Origin: Paraphysomonas bandaiensis
Lineage: Eukaryota > Protista > Chrysophyceae
Direction: 5' to 3'
Assembly (NCBI GenBank): GCA_965644295.1
Contig: CBFFRP010000024.1
Location: 1 to 64,000, forward strand
Length of the DNA stretch: 64,000 nt
A program made the position numbers and the translations under genes. Below, piece after piece: positions 12,369-24,023 of the stretch. The notes under the pieces are model-generated. The model was given only the letters and a program-made list of their open reading frames with translations, was not told the origin of the DNA and did not search any database. Within the stretch, counting starts at the first letter, position 1; each line of letters starts with the position of its first letter.

Positions 12369-12890
12369 TCAAGTCCGGTGGTGTTCGACAGCCTCCTTCA
12401 TTTCATGGACATCGAACCCAACAATCTTAGGGTGTGGAAGTATGTCATCAGGGGCATCCGAGAACCGACACTGCCATCGAAGGAGTTTTTGATTCTTGTG
12501 ATTCGGCACTACGCGGTAATCTACGCACATACCATTCAGGTACTGGGGGTGACGAACGTACGTATTCTTCCAGTTCCCTGGCTTGAGGGCCATGACATCA
12601 ATGGATTCATCATTGATTAAAGCTTTGGCTGCATTGCGAGGCCGGCCGCGTTTCCTAGCAGGCCTGATTGAGCTGGACATGTGCTTCACATCAATGTCCC
12701 CTGGTGGTAATATTAAGAAATATAATTAAGAAAGAAATGTACTACCCATACCTCTCAAGTGATGTACTGCTAGCGAGTGGGGGCGGTATCGACCATTGTC
12801 CCAAAACCTAGGGCAGCTACAAACAAGAGAGGTACAGGTCTTGCGCTTCACTTTGTAGGGAACCTCTCGAACAACATACATACTGAGTAA
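12369..12890 (-). pseudogene. Remnant 3' end of a Mutator-like transposase: degenerate SWIM zinc finger plus AT-hook
   Basis: LVCSCPRFWDNGRYRPHSLAV fits SWIM CxC...CxH with the third Cys mutated to Arg. A 51-nt intron (12751-12701) joins it in frame to GDIDVKHMSSSIRPARKRGRPR (AT-hook). No DDE domain remains. Confidence 0.65.
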
Positions 12891-13311
12891 ACACATACAT
12901 CGGGGCGATGGAAGTAGCGTATCATATGGTGGTGGTAGCACGCACAGCGTATGGTTAAGTTTGATGTTGCTGATTTTTATATTTGAACACTCTAATCCAC
13001 AGTGCACGCTTGTTTTAAGTTTTTAATAGATAACGTAGTTTTTGCTTTAAGGGTTTACTATTTACTATTTACTACACGTCATATACCATAAATTGAGTGC
13101 TTGTGTACTGTACGAAACGCACATAGTAAACATACAGATCACTAAAAAAACACTTCAATAGTCTCTCTGTGTTATATGAACCACAGAGTGCAAAAATACA
13201 CATCATATAGCACTTAAATAGTCCTTTTGTATTGCATGAAGAGCACATAGTGAATACATAATACATACATCATACAATACTTATATAGTCCCTGCGTGTC
13301 GCATGGTGCGA

Positions 13312-14641
13312 AGAGTGAACGCATATATCATATACCACATATATAGTCTTTGCGTGTTGTATGAGGGGCAAAGTGTGATACTACGCACCATATAACACAT
13401 ATATAGTCCCTGTATGTTGCATGAAGAGCACAGAGTAATATATTCACATCATATACCACATATATAGTTCTTGCGTGTTGTATGAAGCACGCAGAGTGAA
13501 TATACAGACAGTCTCTGTGTGCGGTGTAAAGCACACACAGCGAACATACAGATCATATACCACATATATAGTTCTTGCGTGTTGTATGAAGCACGCAGAG
13601 TGAATATACAGACAGTCTCTGTGTGCGGTGTAAAGCACACACAGCGAACACACAGATCATATACCACATATATAGTTCTTGCGTGTTGTATGAAGCACGC
13701 AGAGTGAATATACAGAGCACATTTCACATATACAGTCTCTGTGTGCTGTGTAAAGCACACACAGCGAACATACAGATCATATACCACATATATGGTCTCA
13801 ATGTGTTGTATGAAGCACATACAGAGAACATATACCACATACATGGTCTATATATGTTGTATGAAGCACACAGAGCGAAAACACAGAACATATACCACAT
13901 ATCTAGATCTTGAACTGTTGCATGAACATGAACACACGGAGTGCATACATGTATAGCTGGTGAATAGGTAATCTATGCTGATATGCCATAAGATGACGAC
14001 TTCAATATTCGTGAAAACACAGTCTTAAAATATTGTAACGAGAATACGAATAATAACAAGGTCATGTGTAGCACTAGCATCTATAATCATGTAAACAAGC
14101 AGCAGAATGCAACAAGAGACAATATAACACACTTATATACTCTTCCACTCAAACACCTACACTTCAACACAGATGACACAAACACAATGAAGCCATATAT
14201 CGCATAGATTCGATATATATCCGCAAATACACTACAAATGAGACTAATAATGAAGTGAGGTCTGCGCATGGAAGACTCGCTATTGTCTACATAGCAGCTG
14301 AAGGATTATCTCCCCTAAAAATACAAACAGTGAGCTTACAGGAAGCGGCAACAACGCTGAGTGCATCACCAGGTTCAGAGGACCAGGAATACATCCCTCT
14401 CACTCCCCATCATCTGATATTTCAACCAGATATCAGTGTTGATGTGACTAACCACAGGAACTATCCATTCTTATGTATTGGTGTATTTATTATGACAGGA
14501 GTGTACAAATATGATGATTTTAAAGGAATATACATACATGTATATCTATATGAAAATCCAAATCCAAGCAATTCTGATGATAAAAAACACACTAAAGAAT
14601 GGCACCTCAAAAAACAGCGGCACCGGAAAACGGAGCGAGTG
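13312..14641 (-). repeat. Right arm of the foldback element (1330 bp), 104 bp longer than the left because of an extra internal repeat block
   Basis: Reverse complement of 10847-12072. More diverged array units continue inward to about 13075. Confidence 0.92.
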
Positions 14642-14902
14642 GTATACGAACTATATACTGTACAGCAGTAGCTGGGGGATACCACTATACAGCAGTATAT
14701 ATATATGTATGTAGTATGTAGAGTATTACTGTCATGTATGGATGACTGACATATTGCCCACTCTCTCTATACATACAATTATATATATTTCCTGTGTTCT
14801 CTACCTCATAAGAAAGAGAACTCTTTCCCATAGAATCATATAACTTCTTATCATGATATTACTATTCAAATTATCAGCATAACTCTATACAATCACTCCT
14901 CT

Positions 14903-17900
14903 ATGAAATTCATTCTACAGTTAGTTATTAATGTAGCCATGTCATTTATGTCTGCTATAACAAAATTTATTGCTGGTTATAAACATGGTGAAAATGATAT
15001 CTATTTTTTTATATGTGGGATACTGTTACTAATCAGTTTGTTCTATCCATGGGTATTAATACTAGCATTTCTTGCATTGTTGCCCTCTTTTCATGAGCAA
15101 TTATCTTTTAATCCTGAATTAGTGAAATCTGCACATTCGTCAATGGAAGAAAGGTAGAAAACTTTATTGTAATTATAAATTATATTGTAATGTTGTATTA
15201 GGGATGGTTTACAACCTGATGAGGATGAAACACCTGATAGCCACCCCGCCACAACAACTGTTTATCTTCCATGTGATGTTGTCGACGATCCTAGTACATC
15301 CTCATCCCACCAACCTACTCCAAATGACACACCAAAGGCAAGTCCTTCTCGTCCAAAGCCGAAGAAAATTCGTAAAATGCGTCCCGCTAAAGAAGAGTGG
15401 GGTATGCCAACTCTTAGGGTTCTTGATCAGAGTGGTAAAATTATCCCCGTAAATTCCGAAAAACCTGTACCAATCGAGTCGGAGTATTTCAAAGGGTGTA
15501 TTTTGATCATGGTGAAATGCGATGGAGATTTGAGTGAATACAATAGACATGCGAACCATTTTCAAGGCAAGCAACGCAAGTTCGAAGTTCAATTTCAGGT
15601 ACTTGCAGTTTATTTTGTGTGTCGCTCAATCATATTAATAATTAGGGACAAATGAAATTTCTCCCTAAAGGCGAAGTCATGCTGGGTGGCGAGTTATTTG
15701 ATAAAATGCAAATTAGCTTCGTGACACGATCTCTTCTATCGTTTCTGATGAAATTTGCTATGAGTCTTAATCCTTTTCTTCACTTTGGATTTGGAGAGGA
15801 ACACCGCAAGGATGGTATGTTTGAATATCCTCACCTGACGTTTCCATTATTCCGAGTGATGGATCGTGTTGTGGTGACTCCTCCAGGTAATTATTCAAAG
15901 TTTCATCGTTGACGGTATATGTGCGTTATATATATGTATGCATTACCAGGCGGCGAACTCCCTACACTCGGAAAGGAGCTTCCAGAGGTGGACGCAGACC
16001 GAATTGCACGCAGAAGCGGAAAAGGACCCCATATGACGTTTCAGCAGGATCACACTTACAGCTTTTCTTTTCACTCTATGTATGTCGACTTCTCGCGGTG
16101 GTCTATATGCAACTTTCCTGGATACCGGGCTATTGACTTAAAGAACTTTTTAGGGCAGCAGAATATCAAGGTTGTGTGCTATGAGTTGGTACCGCCCGAA
16201 AATTCAAATTCTGATTCAAATAAGAGTTTACCACACTACAATGCGTACAAGAAGTATTTGACCTCTATGGAACTGACTCATGTGTCCATCATGACCCCAG
16301 AAGAAATTGCTGCCTCAACTAAGGAGCTGGAATACGTCGACGGTGAGCTACGTGTCAGTGACAGCGGCTGCGATCCGCCAGCAGGACTAGAGGACGACAC
16401 GGCATCTGTAGATTCTGCAGAGAGCCGAAGCCGAAGCGAACTATCTGATGAGGCAATAGATAATGAGCGAAAACTGTCCAGTGAATCCGTGGAGGGGTTT
16501 GATAGGACGAAGTTAGGCCGAATCACAAGTGGTTCATTCGATGAGGACGAAAACAGGGAGTGCGATTCTGAGCAAATTGATTCCACTACATGTAATGAAG
16601 AGCCTCTTCTAGGTGCGCTCGGTACTGGCGCAGAATATGTGCCCGCAAATACGGTAGTATCTCTTATATCTTTGCCCCCTACTTGGGAGGCCAAGCCGAA
16701 AGCGACGGAAAATGTTGGAGACGAGAGCGAACTCAATGGCGACGGAGAATACTTTTTCGGTGACTGTCACGTGAGTATTGGCGATGTTGGTGGAGTTGCA
16801 ATGAGGAAAGAATGTCGAGATATTCCTATCGTCCGTTTTATCCGTGCAACCCCTCATTCGTCGTCTAGTGGTCAATCCTCCGTCTATCGCTATCCTCTGA
16901 CCACATTGAAGAGATCGATCGTTGGGGGAGTACAAGCAGGAATGGGAATGCACTCTTCCATCTCCCACCGCCCCCCAGCCAGCTCTCCTGTTACCGTCCC
17001 CAGTACTCCGGGATATGAGTCTTTGCATAATATTTCTGATGGCTCGGCCTCAGTTAACGACCAGTCTCTCTTATGTAGTGGGGACGAAGTCATGATACAG
17101 TGCGCCTCTTCAGGTCGGTATTTGACTGTACATCGCGGATGGTGGGTGAGCTGGACAGCTGAGGACACAGGATCGAAATGTGTGTTCACAATAAACATGA
17201 TGAGTTCAACAGGACTTTCATATGCCCCGAAGGGATCAAGACTGATTGCTGGGAAGCCCTTTCGGCTTCGATCTGTGCGCTGGCCAGGATGGGAGGTATA
17301 TTGAAAATCTTTGTTTACTCTTTCTTGTGTGATTGCGATCGATTTATTGTTGCTACGACTTATTGACAAATGTGATATGACAATTTCGTTAGTGTTTGTG
17401 ATTGTTGTACTTCAATGCAGATTGGGTGTTATGACTCCTGTCACGCTGAACGCATTGGACAGCCGGTAGTTCTATACCATAGCCGAATAGGTAGTGACCG
17501 CAGCGCAATCAATCACCCTGTGAAGTGGGGCAAGAACGGTAAACTTGTTAGTCCTGTTTGTCTCTGTGTTATGCCTGAGGTTAATGTAACTTACCTCGAA
17601 TCTGAGAGAGCTAAATCCCCCAACTCGATGTTTTATACACCGACAAGCAAACCGAAGACAATTGCTAATAATTCTGCTGGGGCCACCCCTGTGAAGATGG
17701 AGAAAAACAAGTCGGAGACAACTGAGGATAGCGATACTTCTGCGCCGGCATTTTTTGATCTACAGATATCAGATGAAGAACTCTGCTCGGATACTCTGAA
17801 TATATCAATTGTTGGATGGGCAGAAGTTTTGAATCGAAGGATGAATCGTCGACAGTTGGCGTACATAATTCATGCGAGCTATTATATGGGCGATACCTTA

Positions 17901-20273
17901 AAACAGTGGACCACTCTCCGCACTCAAGAAGAACTTGAACGGATCATTAACTTAATCCCATCCGAGTATGGTGGGGGTTCTTACGATGCCCCTTCACCAT
18001 CCGCCTCTCATCACAACAGGTCCAAGAGACGGGGATACTACGGAGCAGTTTCGGGTTCAATGGTACCGGAAAGTCCCCAACTGACGTCTCCCAAAAAATT
18101 AGAAATGTTGAAGCGAAATGTGAATTTCTCTACAATATCAGCTCGCCACCAGTGCTCTGCTGATCAAAGTGTTCATTTGATGGCGCAACGCATCCAACTG
18201 CTTCTGGAAAGAGATGCTCCAGCATCGACTGTAACAAGCGATTCTCCACCATCTCCACCCGCACCTACCATGTCAAATGACTCATGGGGCGATTCACGGG
18301 AAGCCGTGGATGAATCTGGGTCTCAAACAGACGAAGCTGCTACAAAACTGGTGTCGTCTCCATCGGTGCGAGAAGCTGGGCAGAGTTTCGATAATATGGA
18401 TGGCGAAGTAGGAGTGTCTTGTGATAAGGATGACTTATCTGAGCCTACCAGTGAAAGTTCTCCCCAAATATCTCCAAGTAATATCTCTGTTAAGAGCACC
18501 GAAGCTGCGGAGAGTGCACCCGTGACTGCCGAACCCACTGATGATTCTGTGAACAGTATTTGTCCGCATGATGAAGACGCTGCGCCTTCAGCTGAAATTC
18601 ACTCAAAGAGTGGTGAGGATGGAGGTGTGCGTGCACAATCTCCCGCCCGTGCAGTTTTTCTCAATGCCCTCATCAAACCTCAGATTCTGGATACTTGGTT
18701 TTTGCATGAAGACGCAGAGAGGTATTTGGTTGCTCCGACATCACGCCGTGCACCACCTAGACAGCATGTTGCTATGGTTGCTCGTGCGTTATGGGACTCT
18801 CATTGGCGCGAAGAGATTGCAGTACTGTATCCGTCATATCTTGCATTCTACCCCTTGTTGGCCAAAAAGGCCTCTTGGACACTATACCTACAGGAATTAA
18901 TCGGTGTGTCACATGTTCCGGATGATAATTCACCACTACCTGGTTTTTCTGTGTTAAAAATCGAAACTATTGGACGGGTACATTACATCGCTTTTTCCAA
19001 TAAAGAAACTTGCAATCTTATGGCAGCCAGTGTATTAGAACACTTAACTACCATCACTTTTGACACTAGTATGCCGTCCTTTGGAGACATGACTGACCCA
19101 CGTGATCGATTTGTATTAAAGAGTGGTCGATGGCGACCAGCGGGACGAAGACTAGTTCTGAATGCAAGGAAGTTTTCATTTGATATAGACCAGTCATCGT
19201 TTGCCACAGTTGAAGCAGATTCCTCTCGCACCCCATCTCCAAGTGGAGACCCAGCATTGAATCAGCCGAATACTGCACAAGAGACATACTGGGCATTTTC
19301 TGCTCGTTTGCTCAAAACTGTTTTTCAGTTAGACTCAAGTAACAGCATACGGATCACACCGGAAGAGTTAAAACATCAGCGGGAGCTTTTGACGAACGAG
19401 TTTGACGGTGGAAGTCCGACGGGGGTATCATTTGGGACCAATTCGGATGGCCTGTTTCCAGGAAGGTAAGTGTTAACAGGGAATTACGATAACTGAAATT
19501 TGGGCTGACATGTGTTGCATGTAGGGAGAAAATAATATCCTTTTTGGATGAAACTGTTAGGTTGAAGTTAATTAATATTCAGGAGGATATCGATTTAAAT
19601 TCTCCGGAAGCACTCTGTTTCTTTATTAATATATATCACACACTACTCATCCATGCCAGGCTTGTACTCAGCCCACCATCAACACAGGTAATATCCTTAA
19701 GTTGCAGCGTCTTATCTATAGCTAATTGTTATTATTTAGGATTGGGCAACCTTTTTCGAAAATGTGAGTTATGAAATCGGTGGAGACGTATTTTCCTTAG
19801 CAGAATTGGAGCACTGTGTCATTGGTGGCCGACTACATCGTCCTACAACCGTTCCACGAAACTTCTGTGCTCCTCCTCCCATTAGTGATGATCATTATGC
19901 GTATGCGCTCCAGTTGGCTGATAGGCGGGTGCGGTTTATCGTTAATTGTTGCTCAATATCAAACCCACCTGTGATTTACCTGATGAAGCCGGAGAATATG
20001 TACATTCATCTAAACGAAGCCAGTGTGGCCCTTTTCGATTATTGTCTGCAAGTTGATATGCGTAAGCGCACTGCTATACTTCCCAAGATATGTGATACCT
20101 ACAGATCTGACTTCGGCAGTAATTCCCAAGAAGTATTACGTCATATTTTGAGGTACCTTGGACGAGAAAATTGGGAGAAGGTCTCAATTCTTCTCACTGG
20201 CCAGAAACAACCGATTGTAAAATTTCAAGACATGAAGTGCCGCTCTCATGATAGTCTCCAGTTGATTGCGTGA
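14903..20273 (+). CDS. Multi-exon protein: N-terminal hydrophobic segment, DUF1769 domain, long disordered region, PH-like segment, C-terminal DUF547
   Basis: DUF1769-like PVPIESEYFKG...FQGKQRKFEVQFQ...FPLFRVMDRVVVTPPG...YSFSFHSMYVDF. DUF547-like LCFFINIYHTLLIHA...YEIGGDVFSLAELEH...RVRFIVNCCSISNP. Consecutive ORFs are separated by ~50-nt GT-AG introns. Confidence 0.8.
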
Positions 20274-20456
20274 CATGTTTTGTGAGCGTGTATTGGAACT
20301 GTATTTTTATTATAAAAATGGAGTTTAATCGGGCTTATAAGTATATAGTATAAACTGACTTCAAGTTCTCCTCGATTTATTTGCTAGACTGTTTTATTGC
20401 CACACTGCCCTCCGCAAGTAGTTAAAATCGGATTCGTTTGACAGCTCCGTGTATAT

Positions 20457-20898
20457 TGTAGTAGTGAATGTCATATTATAGCAACACGTGGTTAAGCATT
20501 AGAACTACTTTAGCATTGCAATTTAACTAACTTGTGTTTATATCGTACATCGTACTATGTAAAGCTACGAAAGTGCGACCATTTTCGCTCTATCACTCCA
20601 AGCGAACGCAGTGAGCAAGCAGAATGTGGATATACCTGACACCTTCTGACTTAAGTGTTTTTGAGTCCTTAAGGTGAGCAGCCCAAAGCCCAATACCCCG
20701 GATGCCCCTGAGGTTGTCTGTTTATTCGTCAAGGCCCAAAGACGTCTACACTAGTGTCCCTGTCCCTTGTACACACAAGCATGCATATCCGCTGACTGCT
20801 GACTATATATGCGGCTCACGTTAGTTTTCCGGAGAAATATATCCGGTATTTATCCCCCTAAACACGACGAAGAGGTGCGAGTCTAACTTTGTTGAGGG
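20457..20898 (-). mobile_element. Diverged copy A of a short ingi/RIME-like non-autonomous retroposon
   Basis: Homologous to 25921-26434 and 63146-63651. The 5' end CCCTCAACAAAG is at 20898. Degenerate TSD: TCCGTGTATAT (20446-20456) versus TCCTTGTATAT (20899-20909). Confidence 0.75.
20811..20898 (-). ncRNA. Predicted HDV-like ribozyme, copy A (P2 and P3 partly mutated, may be inactive)
   Basis: CCCUCAACAAAGUUAGACUCGCACCUCUUCGUCGUGUUUAGGGGGAUAAAUACCGGAUAUAUUUCUCCGGAAAACUAACGUGAGCCGC. P4 is CCGGA/UCCGG. Confidence 0.5.
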
Positions 20899-21415
20899 TC
20901 CTTGTATATAAGTTTTAAGAAAGATTTTTTCGTGTAAACTTTGCAAAGCACACACTTTGTACTCTGTAATATATGACCGCATAAATATTTAGGTAACTAG
21001 CAGAAGAAAAGGATATGCGGCTGCATTGCTTAATATCTCAGACTCCACACATACTATCTACTATATAACACTATAGGCTGTTCACTTTAAAGCTAAACCT
21101 AAAAGATTGGTATGTACGTATGTACATCACATATTGAAGTCTACTCAAATGCATGTAATTCAATAGGGGAGAATAATTACACTATCGAATTAACCTCTCT
21201 CGTATTTATGTTCAGACCAAGCTACCTTATTGCGAATATTATGATGGCGTGACAACACTACACGCCATTTACTTCCACAAATACAAAACTATTATTTATC
21301 AGCAGAACAATTGAAATCGATATACATGCTAGGTGATCACACAGCTAATACCCTATGAGATGAAATTGCAAATCACACACGGTAAACAATATTCTTACGT
21401 GAATGTATCATATCG

Positions 21416-22489
21416 TTACCACACGAATGACACAAGGCCACACAAATTCGCTCCAGTGAGGGCATCTTTTAGAGCGCATGTTGCTCCTCGCAAGACAACA
21501 GTCAGCGCACTCTGTGTGCCTTGATCCAGAGGTGGTACAGCAGCAGCAGTGACTTGTAACTTTTCTGCTAACTCCTGAGCCTTGTCATCAGATATACCAG
21601 AGCTGCTCGAGAAATCTAAATATACGAGAGAACGATTATACAGCACTGCTGTGTCTGCTTTGACTATCTTCGCCATTGGAGAGACAACATCTGGAAACTC
21701 TTCTAAGCCATCTTTCTTGCGTTTCTTGTTAGCGTCTTTTATCGCCTTATTGCGATCATTAACCAGTTTTACAATACCTTTCAGCTCTCCCTCCAGCTCT
21801 GGAGTAACTGGAGTTCCTGAAAGTAGGGAATCGAGGCCAGACAATATAGAATTGATTGAAACTACATTATTCTTGACTGATAGAGTAGATAGTGAAATAG
21901 CTAAAGGTAATATCTCAAATAACTGCGTTATTCCTTCGTCCGAAACAACGTTATCAGATATATTAAGAGCTTCAAGGGATGCATGATTTCTGAGTTCAAT
22001 TCTACATTCCGAAATAAACTTATCACTCAAAGAATTTCCTTTGAGTGACAAGTATCGCAGCCCCGGAGATGAGGCGATAAGAGCTTTCAAGGATGAAATG
22101 AAAGTATCTTGATCACCAGAAAATTCCAAGTATTCCAACTTTAGGGATTCTATTCCGTCACTTGCTTTCAACAGCATCCCCAAATCATCAAGATGTTGGG
22201 ATGTAACAGTAACATTTACAAGACATATTTCTAATATCGCACTCGCAGGAGCAGCACATGTAACCATCATAGCACGCCAATTAGCAATATCCATGACACA
22301 ATTAATAACTTTACATGAATACTTAGATGGTGTAACTTCCTCAAATTTCACCATTGGACACGGTACAATGCTTTGCTTTGAACAACATGTTTGATAATCA
22401 TTCAAACAAGATCCACTAGATGTAAATTTACCAAGTTCATTCCCGAAATTAGAGTATGTAATAGTTGAGTTAACGTCTGTGGACCACAT
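21416..22489 (-). CDS. Leucine-rich repeat protein (RNI-like repeats)
   Basis: 357-aa ORF with LRYLSLKGNSLSD, LEALNISDNVVSDEG and LSTLSVKNNVVS repeats, plus a basic segment KDANKKRKK. Confidence 0.85.
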   Translation of the reverse strand: MWSTDVNSTITYSNFGNELGKFTSSGSCLNDYQTCCSKQSIVPCPMVKFEEVTPSKYSCKVINCVMDIANWRAMMVTCAAPASAILEICLVNVTVTSQHLDDLGMLLKASDGIESLKLEYLEFSGDQDTFISSLKALIASSPGLRYLSLKGNSLSDKFISECRIELRNHASLEALNISDNVVSDEGITQLFEILPLAISLSTLSVKNNVVSINSILSGLDSLLSGTPVTPELEGELKGIVKLVNDRNKAIKDANKKRKKDGLEEFPDVVSPMAKIVKADTAVLYNRSLVYLDFSSSSGISDDKAQELAEKLQVTAAAVPPLDQGTQSALTVVLRGATCALKDALTGANLCGLVSFVW

Positions 22490-23138
22490 GACTCTGAATA
22501 GACTGTGTATGTATGTGTATTCGTGTTATGGATGTAATTTCTATGATCTATAGATAGAAAAAGTGAGAAAGAGTTTGTTGATAATGAATAGATTGTTTTT
22601 ATAGGATAGTTTGAATGGTATTTAATGCTATAGTTTGTCTTGTGGTATGTATGTCTTGTGTGTGTCTTAAAGTATGAGATGTGCTGTAAGTGTGCTGTGC
22701 TATACATACATACACATACACTCATATATAAACATATAATAGACTACATACAAATACAGTGGAATACAGAGATTACATCTATAACGGTTGCACTGTTGCA
22801 CGTTGCACTTTTTAGGATGTGTATGTAGGAACTAGAATACAATGTATTCCACAAGAACCGTAAATTAGCAGTGAAATCCATAGAATCTGTGGAATTAAAG
22901 GATTTATATACAGCAATAGTATGAGTTTTTTATAATATCCTCATTTTCTTGTTATTTTATAAGGGAATATCACCACAGCAGTAGTCACAGCAGAGTGTAT
23001 GTCCCACTTGTAATGTACATACATGTACATACACTGCTGTATAGTACATACGTATATATATACATACTCATCTCATAATCTTGTAGCGTATTAGCACTCT
23101 ATAGCCTCGTATAGTCTGTGGATATTATCAGTTGTGAT

Positions 23139-24023
23139 ATGTCGAATATATCTGTTCTGAACGATGATGTGATTCGTCTCATCATCTCTATGATCCCACA
23201 CACAGCTCTCCTTCCTGTGATTATGACTTGTAAGAGATTTCACGATATGGCTGATAGCATGAGAGATGAGAGAAGAGAGAGACTTGAGTCACATGTATCT
23301 CACTACTGTATGACCAACTCAATGGTCTCATGGGCTCTGTCTGTGGGCTGTCCATACATGCTGATGATGAATGGATGTGCACTATACGGCAGAATACAGC
23401 AGATGAAACACCTCAGAAGACTTAATACACATCCACACGGCTCTACACACATATGGAATGAAACGACATGCAGTGCTGCTGCTTGTGGTGGGCACTTGGA
23501 TATTTTGAAATGGCTTCACTCACAGGACCCTCCATGCCCATGGAATGTACGAACTTGTACAAGTGCTGCTACTGGCGGACACTTAGGTGTTCTAAAGTGG
23601 CTTCGATCACGAAACCCTCCATGTCCATGGAGTCACGCAACCTGCACTGGTGCTGCTAGTGGTGGACACTTGGATGTTCTGAAGTGGCTTCGTTCCCAGG
23701 ACCCTCCATGTCCATGGAATGTACACACTTGTAGCGGTGCTGCTAGTGGTGGACACTTAGGTGTTCTGAAGTGGCTTCGATCACGAAACCCTCCATGTCC
23801 ATGGCGTGAATTGACTTGCACTGGTGCTGCTAGTGGTGGACACTTGGATGTTCTGAAGTGGCTTCGCTCACAGGACCCTCCATGTCCATGGGATGAACAC
23901 ACTTGTAGCGCTGCTGCTAGTGGTGGGCACTTGGGTGTTCTGAAGTGGCTGCGTTCACAGGAACCTCCATGTCCATGGAATGAGCACACTTGTAGCACTG
24001 CTGCAGAGACTCAATTGTTCTGA
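23139..24023 (+). CDS. F-box-like plus 29-aa ankyrin-like (LKWLRSQDPPCPW) repeat protein, copy 1; 6 repeats, then a frameshifted seventh
   Basis: F-box-like LNDDVIRLIISMIPHTALLPVIMTCKRFH. 87-bp repeats. A 7-nt deletion near 24010, relative to the paralogue, ends the frame early. Intronless. Confidence 0.85.
   Translation: MSNISVLNDDVIRLIISMIPHTALLPVIMTCKRFHDMADSMRDERRERLESHVSHYCMTNSMVSWALSVGCPYMLMMNGCALYGRIQQMKHLRRLNTHPHGSTHIWNETTCSAAACGGHLDILKWLHSQDPPCPWNVRTCTSAATGGHLGVLKWLRSRNPPCPWSHATCTGAASGGHLDVLKWLRSQDPPCPWNVHTCSGAASGGHLGVLKWLRSRNPPCPWRELTCTGAASGGHLDVLKWLRSQDPPCPWDEHTCSAAASGGHLGVLKWLRSQEPPCPWNEHTCSTAAETQLF

Larger units (their letters stand above)
10847..14641. mobile_element. Foldback-type DNA transposon with 1.2-1.3-kb terminal inverted repeats, probably a non-autonomous Mutator-like (MULE) derivative
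   Basis: Arms 10847-12072 and 13312-14641 are near-identical reverse complements. Ends are CACTCGCTCCG...CGGAGCGAGTG, flanked on both sides by GTATAC. The interior holds a SWIM-like plus AT-hook remnant. Confidence 0.9.

Noticed and set aside
23633-23998. Antisense repeat ORFs (HGHGGSCERSHF...) opposite the ankyrin-like genes, also at 34117-35391
   Set aside because: Shadow frames of the 87-bp coding repeat.
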